A stretch of 64,000 nt of DNA, taken from contig CAVVEL010000022.1 of assembly GCA_963747095.1 (NCBI GenBank), positions 251,005 through 315,004 on the forward strand, read 5' to 3'. Of this stretch, positions 17,682 through 26,800 are shown in pieces. Position numbers and translations under genes: made by a program. The DNA is from Terriglobia bacterium (lineage in GTDB: Bacteria > Acidobacteriota > Terriglobia > JAJPHL01). Each line of letters starts with the position of its first letter. The first letter of the stretch is position 1. Below the pieces are notes generated by a model that had not been told where the DNA came from, searched no databases, and worked only from the letters and a program-made list of their open reading frames with translations.

Positions 17682-18624
17682 TCAAGTCAACGGTCCCGCA
17701 ATGACACGGTCCCGCAATGACACGCAGCGCCGCGGGCAGCACGCTAACGCGCGCCGGAGTTTGCCCGATATACTCGCCGTCGGCGAAAATCTGCAATGGA
17801 CGCGCGGCTTCCACGAGCACTTCCGTGGAGCACAAGCAAGTTACTTCTTCTCGCGAAACATGTTGGCCGGAAAATACTTCGGGGAAACACCACAGCAGCT
17901 TCAGGCGCGTCATCCGGCGAACGGCCACCAGATCGAGTCGGCCGTCGGCCAGATCGGCTCCCGGAGCGATGCGCATCCCACCGCCGTAGCTCGAGGCGTT
18001 GGCCGCCACCAGCAGGAGAATCTCGGCGCGGTACTCGCCGGCGTCGTGCGTTACCCGCACGTCCACCGGCGTAAACTCAGCCAAGGCGCGCAGCAGCGAC
18101 CACACGTAAAGCGCGGTGCCGCGAAACGGACCCCGGTGCAGATTGGCAATGCGATTGGCGTGGGAGTCCAGGCCGAAGCTGGCGATGCAGCCGTAGAAGC
18201 GGGAATGGCCGCCACATTCGACGCGGCACAAATCAATGTCGCGGGTCTCGCCTGTGAAGGCGAATCGCGCGGCGGCGCGAACGTCGCGCGGAATCCCCAG
18301 GTTCACCGCCAGATCGTTGCCGCTGCCGCAAGGGATGATCCCCAACAATGCGCCGCTGCCGGCGATACCGTTCAACACGTGATGAACCGTGCCGTCGCCG
18401 CCCGCGGCGATGACGCGCTCGATACCGGAGGCGGCGGCCTGGCGCGCGCACTGCTCCATCTCCTCAGGCGAGGCCGCCCCGCGCACCTCAATTCCCGCAG
18501 CCGCCGCTTCTTCGCGCACCGCCTCGTGCTTCAGGCGCGCACTTCCCTTCCCCGCCAAGCCGTTCAGCAGAACGACCGCGCCATCCAGGCGAACTGCGCC
18601 TCCCGATTCGCCGGCGCGGCTCAC
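17682..18624 (-). CDS. YegS/BmrU-type lipid (diacylglycerol-like) kinase; its stop is out of frame as assembled, so the ORF reads on into the NHL gene
   Basis: GTG 18622-18624 overlaps the stop of the upstream lipoprotein gene. Motifs are ..VVLLNGLAGKG.., ..VIAAGGDGTVHHVLNG.. and ..GIIPCGSGNDLAVNLG... The ancestral TGA at 17682-17684 is restored if one copy of the 16-nt duplication is removed. Confidence 0.75.
17691..17722. repeat. perfect 16-nt tandem duplication (CGGTCCCGCAATGACA x2)
   Basis: Read directly: copy one is 17691-17706 and copy two is 17707-17722, and they are identical. Confidence 0.95.
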
Positions 18625-19001
18625 CACTCGATTTCCCTGTCGCTTTGAAAAACCAGGCGCGGGCCGGGTTTGCGAACCTCGCCGTTCTCTTCCGCGGTGA
18701 TCATGACGGTGAACTTGCGCAGCGGCGTGAGTGTTTCGATCTTGCCTTTGCCGCCCTCGATGCGAATCTGTCCCACGTTGACCGGCTCGCCGCCCGCCGC
18801 GGGCGTGGTCCAGACAACGTAGCGGCCGTCCGGCACACCCGACATACTGGCGGTCAGCAGGTTGTTGCGGTCGTAAGTGAGCACCACGCGCACGGAGGCG
18901 TGGCCGCTCCCGGCCAGCGCCGGCAGAGCGCGAAGACGGATGTCCTTGCTGCACCCGGCGGTGGCCGCCGACAAGAACGCGAGAAGGAAAAGCCGCTTCA
19001 C
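18621..19001 (-). CDS. small lipoprotein-like protein (126 aa), possibly an RskA-type beta-sandwich
   Basis: GTG 18999-19001 overlaps the purN stop. VKRLFLLAFLSAATAGCSKD is a lipoprotein-type signal. ..RYVVWTTPAAGGEPVNVGQIRIEGGKG.. weakly resembles anti-sigma RskA C-terminal domains. Confidence 0.55.
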   Translation of the reverse strand: MKRLFLLAFLSAATAGCSKDIRLRALPALAGSGHASVRVVLTYDRNNLLTASMSGVPDGRYVVWTTPAAGGEPVNVGQIRIEGGKGKIETLTPLRKFTVMITAEENGEVRKPGPRLVFQSDREIEW

Positions 19002-19600
19002 TTCCGCACCACCCTGCGGTCTTCGATGCGCACGGAACCCGACAATACCAGATTGATCGCCGCCGTGTAAATGCGATGCTCTTCGGCGAGGATCCGCGTG
19101 GAGAGCGTCTCCAGCGTATCGCCGTCCTCCACTGGGACGGCGGTTTGCAGAATGATCGGGCCATGATCCAGATCTTCGTCCACGAAGTGCACGGTGCAGC
19201 CGGTGATTTTCACCCCATGCTCCAGCGCCTGGCGCGGGGCTTCCAGTCCCGGGAACGCCGGTAGCAGCGACGGATGAATATTGAGGATGCGCGCCGGAAA
19301 CGCCCGCACGAAAACGGGACTCAGGAAGCGCATGAATCCGGCCAGACAAACCAAGTCCACTTGGCGGCGTTGCAGCTCCTCAACCAACAGGCCGTCGTAC
19401 TCCTCGCGTTGCAAACCGCGGGATGGGATCATTACGGCGGGCAAACCAAGCTGCTCGGCAACTTCCAGGCCGGGCGCGCCCGGCCGGTTGCTGATCACCA
19501 CGGCGATCTCCGCGCCAATCGCGCCGCTGGCGACGTTGCGGGCGATAGCCTCGAAGTTCGAGCCCCGCCCGCTGAGCAAGATGGCAATTCGTTTCTTCAA
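18998..19600 (-). CDS. purN: phosphoribosylglycinamide formyltransferase
   Basis: 200 aa with MKKRIAILLSGRGSNFEAI.., ..LAGFMRFLSP.. and ..ILNIHPSLLPAFPG... Its start overlaps the purM stop (ATGA). Confidence 0.9.
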   Translation of the reverse strand: MKKRIAILLSGRGSNFEAIARNVASGAIGAEIAVVISNRPGAPGLEVAEQLGLPAVMIPSRGLQREEYDGLLVEELQRRQVDLVCLAGFMRFLSPVFVRAFPARILNIHPSLLPAFPGLEAPRQALEHGVKITGCTVHFVDEDLDHGPIILQTAVPVEDGDTLETLSTRILAEEHRIYTAAINLVLSGSVRIEDRRVVRK

Positions 19601-20628
19601 AGATAATCCACTCGATGCCGACCCTTAACCACCTGCCCAATCGTGTCATGCCTCTCTCCGAGTTTGTCCAACGCGGCTTGGGCTGAACGCAGCTTGGCGG
19701 CGGGAACGGTCAGCACCATTCCAATGCCCATGTTAAACGTGCGGAACATTTCGTCACGCGATACCTTGCCTAATTTCTGCATGATGGGAAATAGGGGAGG
19801 CCTGGGCCAGGATGCGAGATTGACTTGCAAACCGAGTTTCTGGGGAACCTGGCGGAGCAAGTTGCCGGGGAAGCCGCCGCCGGTAATGTGCGCCGCGCCG
19901 TGCAGGATTCCTCGATCATGCAGTTCGCGAATCGGCCGCAAGTAGCTGCGATGCACGCGCAACAACGCCGCGCCTAGTTTTCCCGGCAGACCGGGAACAC
20001 GGCTGTTCACGGTGTAGCCGCCTTTCTCGAAGAACAAATGACGCGCCAGGGAATATCCGTTGGTGTGCAAGCCGGTTGACGGTAATCCCAGCAAGACGTC
20101 GCCCGCGGCGACGCGCGCGCCGGTGAGGATTTTCCCGCGCTCCACTACGCCGACGATGAATCCCGCCAGATCGTACTCGCCGGCGGCATAGAAGCCGGGC
20201 ATCTCCGCGGTCTCGCCGCCGACCAGGGCCATGCCGTTTTCCCGGCACGCCGTAGCCAATCCGGCGACAATCTTCTCGGCGATCTTCGGTTGCAGCTTTC
20301 CGGTAGCCAGATAATCCAGGAAAAATAGCGGCGTCGCGCCTTGCACCGCGATGTCGTTGACGCAATGATTCACCAGATCCTGGCCGATGGTGTCGTGACG
20401 GTTGGAAAGAAACGCGACCTTCAGTTTGGTGCCGACGCCGTCGCAACTGGCCACCAGCACGGGATCGCGCCAGCGTTTGCGGTCCAGGGCAAAGAGGCTG
20501 CCGAATCCGCCGATTTCCGCCAGCACGCCTGGGTTGAACGTGGCGCGCGCCAGCGCGGCAATGCGGCGTTTGGCTTGGTCCGCGCGAGCGATGTTGACGC
20601 CGGCGGCGGCGTAGGTGGTGGCTTTCAA
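19597..20628 (-). CDS. purM: phosphoribosylformylglycinamidine cyclo-ligase (AIR synthetase)
   Basis: 343 aa with ..YAAAGVNIARAD.., ..LVASCDGVGTKLKVA.., ..DLVNHCVNDIAVQGA.. and ..GGETAEMPG... It has a TTG start. Confidence 0.9.
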   Translation of the reverse strand: MKATTYAAAGVNIARADQAKRRIAALARATFNPGVLAEIGGFGSLFALDRKRWRDPVLVASCDGVGTKLKVAFLSNRHDTIGQDLVNHCVNDIAVQGATPLFFLDYLATGKLQPKIAEKIVAGLATACRENGMALVGGETAEMPGFYAAGEYDLAGFIVGVVERGKILTGARVAAGDVLLGLPSTGLHTNGYSLARHLFFEKGGYTVNSRVPGLPGKLGAALLRVHRSYLRPIRELHDRGILHGAAHITGGGFPGNLLRQVPQKLGLQVNLASWPRPPLFPIMQKLGKVSRDEMFRTFNMGIGMVLTVPAAKLRSAQAALDKLGERHDTIGQVVKGRHRVDYL

Positions 20629-20706
20629 GGGGCCAGTCTAACACACCACGGCGCAAGCCCGCATGACTCGCTACCTCCGGAGAACCTGCGGATGGGTTAA
20701 AAACTC

Positions 20707-20786
20707 GACCACGAAAAACACGAAAGACACGAAACGGGGCAACCCTAGGTTTTTCCGTTTTCGTGCTTTTCGTGTCTTTCGTGGTT
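20707..20786. repeat. Family-A hairpin element
   Basis: GACCACGAAAAACACGAAAGACACGAAACGG pairs with CCGTTTTCGTGCTTTTCGTGTCTTTCGTGGTT around a loop containing AACCCTAGG. It lies just after the stop of the YVTN gene. Confidence 0.85.
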
Positions 20787-20831
20787 CATCTTCAGGTTAC
20801 TAGCCCCAGGTTCGGCCTGATGTTGCACACC

Positions 20832-23800
20832 CTACCTCCGGTTGAGGGCATCTTCCGCGACAATCCTCACTGCGCGACCGCCCACTTCGTCCGCGGAAAT
20901 GCCCAGCACACTGCCGCGATCCGCGCCATTGACCGATCCTAACAGCAGCCGCTGGCCGGCCCCCAAGCGGATTCCGTCGAGCCAGGCCAGGGAAATCTTA
21001 CCGGCCAAGGCGACATCGGTGAGCGACGCGGCCACATCGCCGGGCGTGAAGTTGGCCTGCTGTCCCGGTTGCAGGTTCAGCGCCAAGGCCAGTCCAGCCA
21101 GATTGAGGTCCGCCTGCGCGACAAGATAAATCGCATCCCGTTCCACAACGATCCGGCCTTCCACGGGGGCATCGCCGGACTGGCGAGGTTCGCCTCTCCT
21201 GGCTTGCACCTCCGTACCGGTGCAGCTCAGCCCACGTGAGGTGCGCGCTGGCCGTGAGGTATCGATATTGACGGCGCGCCTCAACGTCTCAATGATGTCC
21301 AGCGTGTTGAGAATGGCGTCGCCGCCGCGCGTCGTCGCGGTGTCCACGGGGTAGGAGTCGATGGCGTCGAAGCGATCGCTGCACGTCTGCACCACTTCGA
21401 TCTTGGTGACGGCACGTAAAGCCTCAATCAAGTCGAGTGTGTTGATCAGGCCATCGCCGAAACTGCCGATCATGTCTCCCGTGTAGGGGAAGCTGTCGCC
21501 GACCAGGTAAGTCTGGGCGATGGTAATCGTCGCGTCCGGACCGGCGGTCAAAGGCACCGTGGCGTTATTGGCGGCGGCGTCGGCCGCGGTGATTTGCACG
21601 TCGTAGGTTTGGCCCAGCGCGACGCCGGCGGGAAGCGTGACTTGCACCACGCCGAGCGTGACCGTGCCGGAAAGCGGCGTGGTAAATGCTCCGAAGAACA
21701 CCGCGACGGAAGCCGGGCTTGCCGCGATCGTGGGCGGAGTGCCGGAAGCCACCGGCAACGCACTATCCGGCACGAAGTTCAAATTGGCAGTGATCGCCGG
21801 CGCGCCGGTTCCTGGAATGATGCGCACGCCGAAGATTAACGCTGTAGCGGTGGCGCCGTTGTTCAACGTGAGCGTCACGGGTACCGATACGGGCGATGTT
21901 CCGCCGCCACTGACGGATTGCGCGGTCACCGATCCTTGCGGCCCGCTGCCCACCGTGAAGTTCATTCCGGGCGATGTCCCGCCTCCCGGCGCGGGATTGA
22001 ATACCGTGACTGCCGCCGTCGCCGGATTGGCTACGTCGGCGCCCGTGATGGTCGCATTGATCTGCTGCGGGCTGGCATAACTGCTGGCTCGGGGGCTGCC
22101 GTTCCACAGCACCTGCGAGGTCGGAACGAAGTTGCTCCCCAGGACTGTCAGCGTGAAGCTGCCGGAGCCCGCGGGGACGGTACCGGGTGTTAAGGCTAAA
22201 ATTCCGGGAACCAGGTTGCCGCTCGTCACCATCAAGGTCAAGGCGCTGGACGGTCCGACGGTCGGCGCGGGATTCGCCACGGTGATGGCGAGCGTTCCAG
22301 GCGTGGTCAGGTCGGCGGTCGTCAGGAACATGCCGAGAGATGTGGAACTGCCAACAACCGTGCTGCGGCCGCTACCGTTCACCATCCCGGTGGCTCCGCT
22401 TACAAAACCCGATCCCGTGACGGTCAGCAGGAAGCCCGCCGTTCCGCCAGGCACGCTGGTAATGGAAAGCGCGCTCAAAGCCGGTGCGGCATTGTTCACC
22501 GTGAAGTTGACAGGAGCGGAGGGTCCGAAGCTGGGGGCTGGATTCGCCACCGTCACCGGGAAGACTCCCGCCGTTGCCAGGTCTGCTGCGGCGAAATATG
22601 TACCGAGCATCGTACTGCTGCTGAAGGTGGTGGAGCGGGGACTGCCGTTCCACTCGACCACCGCGCCATTCTGAAAACCGCTGCCTTGCACCAGCACGAA
22701 CGTGGATCCCGTCCCCGCCGTCACGAAGCCGGGATTGATGGTGGTGATTGCCGGCGTTACGTTGAGAGCGGAGTTGGTCAGCGCAAAACTGGCCGGAGTA
22801 GCAACGCCGGCCACCGAGGCGTTCACCGTGTAGCTGCCGGGCGTCGTGTTGGCGGTGAAAGGAGGCGCGATCGCGAGTCCCACCGAATTGGTCGTCACGG
22901 TCGCGGTGGTAGAAGCGGGCGGTCCGAAGTCGCCGCTGGCTCCGCCGGTCGGCGCGCTAAAGGTCACCGCTACGCCAGCCAGGGGCTGGCCAAAGTTATC
23001 GGTAACCGTCGCTTGAAGCGGCGTGGCAAAGCTGACTCCAATGCCCGCGAATTGCAGACTTCCCGCAGTGGCCGTAATCGCCCCCGTGGGATCCACAATG
23101 AACGAATAGGCGGCGATCGTGCCGGTCAACAGCGAATCAACTTGCGTGGATGATCCCGCCTGGCCGTCGATGGCGAACGCATACAGAATATGCGGCCCGG
23201 GTTGCAACGCTGGTGTGGTTGTGTTGAAGAACGGCGCGCTGCTGAGCCACGGTCCTTGCCAGGTATCCAGTTGGTAGCGCACGTCGAGCGCGCCGGAGGG
23301 AGCGGTGAAAGCGAACGACGGCGTGGCCGTCAAGGAAAGGTTGGACGGCAGTGGGCCGATGACCGGCGGCGGCAATGTTTGCTGGACCGATTCCTCCGTG
23401 ATCACCGTTACGGTGCCGTCGTTCCTGTTGGGGACATAGACCTTGTTCGTAACCGGGTTTACCGCCAGCAAGGCTGGGTTATTCCCCGCAGTCACCGTGG
23501 CGATGCTGTTGGTGGCTCCGTCAATGACAGTCACGAAGGTTCCACTGACATAAATCTTGTTGGAAGTCACGTTCACGGAAACACCGTAGGGTGCGACGAT
23601 GCCGCTGATCGTAGTGGTTTGGTTGGTGGCGCCGTTAATCACCGTGACGCTGTTGCCGGACCGATTGGCCACGTAGATCTGGTTTGTCACCGGGTTCACG
23701 GCCACCTGTTGGGGACTGTTCCCGACGTTGACGGTGGTGGTGTTGTTCGTGGCGCCGTCAATTACCGTGACGGTGTTGCTCGCGCTGTTGGAGACATAAA

Positions 23801-26800
23801 TTTTGTTGGTCGCCACATTCACCGCCAGGAACATGGGATTGTTCCCGGTAGTCACGGTGGCAGTGACGGTGTTGTTTGCGCCGTTAATGACAGAAACCGT
23901 GCCGCCGTTGTTGGCGACGTAGATCGTGTTGGTCACCGGGTTCACCGCCACCCATTCGGGGCCGCTCCCGACGAGGATGGTGGTGGTGTTATTGGTGGCG
24001 CCGTCAATGACCGTGACGCTGCTGCTGACCACGTTAGCAGCGTAGATTTTGTTCGTCACGGGGTTCACAGCGATCGCAAACGGCTGGATTCCGGTGCTGA
24101 CGGTCAGGGTCGAGTTGCTGGCGCCGTCAATCACGGTGACACTGTTGTTGCCGACGTTGGTGACATAAACCTTGTTTGTCACCTGGTTCACCGCTACGCG
24201 GGCAGGATTGGTGCCGGCGGGAACGGTGACCGTGGCGTTGGTGGCGCCGTCAATGACCGTGACGTTGCTGCTGACGTCGTTGGCAATGTAGATTTTGTTC
24301 GTGACGGGGTTCACCGCCGCCATGCTGGGCAGGCTTCCGGCGCTCACCGTGGCCGTCGAGTTGATCGCGCCGTCCAGGACAGTGATGGTATTGGGGTTAG
24401 GGTTGGTGGCGTAGATCTTGTTGGTCACAGGGTTCACGACCACGTTGGAATTAGCTGCAGATCCAGAGACCAAGGTCCCGGTAGTTTTCACAACGGTGAC
24501 GGCGTTCGTGGCGCCGTCAAGAACCGTGATACTTTCGCCGGCCGGTGAGAAACCGTTGCCGAAATAGATTTTGTTGGTGACCGGGTTCACGGCGATGCTA
24601 AGGGCGCTGTTCCCATTGCCCACCGAGGTGACGTTGTTGGTGGCGCCGTCAATCACGACGATAGAATTGGAGTTGAAGAAGCAACCGACGTAGATCTTAT
24701 TCGTCACCGGGTTCACCGCCACCGCCAGGGGGTCGAATCCGACATTCACCGCAGTGGTGGCGTAGGTAGCGCCGTCAATCACGTTGACGATGCCGTTGTT
24801 CGCATCGATGACGTAGATCTTGTTGGTCACTGGGTTTACCGCCACCGCCGAGAGCTGGGACCCGGCGGCCATGCTCAACGAAGCGCTGATGGAGTTGGTG
24901 GCGCCGTCAATCACGTTGACGGTGCTGTTGCCCTGGTTGGAGACGAAGATCTTGTTGGTCACCGGGTTCACCGCCAACGCGAAGGGCTGCCCTCCCACGT
25001 TGAGCGTCGCCGTGGAGTTGGTGGCGCCGTCAATCACCGTTACGTTGCCGGCAATATTACCGCCGTTGCCCTGGTTGGCGACGTAGATCTTGTTGGTGGC
25101 CGGGTTCACAGCCACGGCGTTCGGACTGAACCCGACATTCACGGTCAACGTTGTATTCGTGGCCCCGTCGATCACGGTGACCGTATTGTCGTTCTGATTG
25201 GCCACGTAGATCTTGTTGCTGACCGGATTGACCGCAACCGAGACTGGGTTGTTGCCAACGCCGACGGTAGTCGTGGAGTTGGTGGCGCCGTCAATCACCG
25301 TCACGTTGGCGCTGTTTTGATTGGCGACATAGACCTTATTGGTCAACGGATTCACGGCCGCTGCAAACGGGAGACTACCTGCAGCGAGTACGTTCGTCAC
25401 GCTCGCGCCAGGCGGCGGGCCTATGTTGGTCAGCAAGAAATTACGCAGCAGTCCGTTCCCGGTCTCCTTCGCGGTTAGCGTGAAGGGGCCGGCGCTGTTG
25501 TTGGCCGTGACGGTGGGAGCAGTGGCGATTCCGTTGACGTCCGTGAACACCACGGCAGTCGAGGTAGCGCCCAAACCAAAGGTTCCACTCGGTCCCGAAC
25601 TCGGCGCAGTGAATGTCACCGACGCTCCGGGTACAGGCCCGCCAAAGACGTCCGTGATCGTGACCTGAAGCGGCGTAGCAAAGACGGTACCCAGTGCTGT
25701 GCTCTGTGGCGTTCCGCCCGTTATCACGATCGTGCTGTTATTGACGGGATTTACCGTAAACCAATAGGCGGCTATGTTGCTGGTGATCGGCGATCCAATC
25801 TGCGTGGACGTGGCGTCCTGGGCGTCGCCGGAAAATGCATAGACAACGTGCTGGCCAATCTTCAGCGGAGAAAACAGGGGCGCAATGGTTGTAAGAGCTG
25901 ATGGCTGAAAAGGGTGGGCCGCCGTCCATACCCCTTCCGTGGTATCTGTCTGGTAGTATACTCGGATTGCAGGCGTATTGGACGGAATCGTGAACGTAAA
26001 GGTCGGCGTGGTGGTGGTTGCCGAGTTGCTCGGGAAAGGCGTTATACTGGGCGCCGTCGGCCCCACCTGGGCAGACGCCTCCGTAATCACCACAACGTTG
26101 CCGTCGGGCGCGTTGGATACGTAGATGGTGTCCGTTACCGGATTCACCACCGCGTGACCCAGCGATGTTCCCACGGTCAAGTTCGTTACGAAGTTGGTGG
26201 CCCCATCGATCACCGTGATACCGGCGTTCGAGACATTGGCATTGGGCACATAGATCTTGTTGCTCACCGGGTTCACGGCAATGGCATCCGGAAATGGACC
26301 GGTAGGAACCGTGGTGGTCGTGTTGGTCGAGCCGTCGATCACCGTCGCCGTGTTATCGCCAAAATTGGCGACGTAGATCTTGGCGGTGACCGCGTTCACC
26401 GCAATGGCATAGGGAGTGTTCCCGGCGGTCAGGGTGGCGGTGATGGCGTTACTGAAGGTGTTGATGACGTAGATGTTGCTGTTCGCGCCGTCGGTGACAT
26501 AAAGCACATCGTTCATCATCGCCAGGTACAGAGGATTCGTTCCCACGTTCAAGGTGCTGGCGGTGTTGTTATCGCCGTTGATTATGCTGATGGCGCCGCT
26601 GTTGGGGGTTGCTACGTAAATCTTGTTAATCGTCGGGTTAATGGCGATGGAATCGGGATTGTTTCCCACGTTCACGGTGGTGGTGTTGTTGGTGACGCCG
26701 TCGATCACCGTAACGGTGTTGCTATTGTAGTTGGCGACATAGATCTTGTTGGTGACCGGATTCACGGCGATGGCAAATGGCTCCATCCCCGTGGACACGG

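Noticed and set aside
17611-19164. The N-terminal ~180 codons (18625-19164) of the 2022-aa ORF 13096..19164 as part of one real protein
   Set aside because: That part overlaps purN and the lipoprotein gene in other frames and has no protein-like features. The credible start of this frame is the GTG at 18622-18624, which is coupled to the upstream stop.
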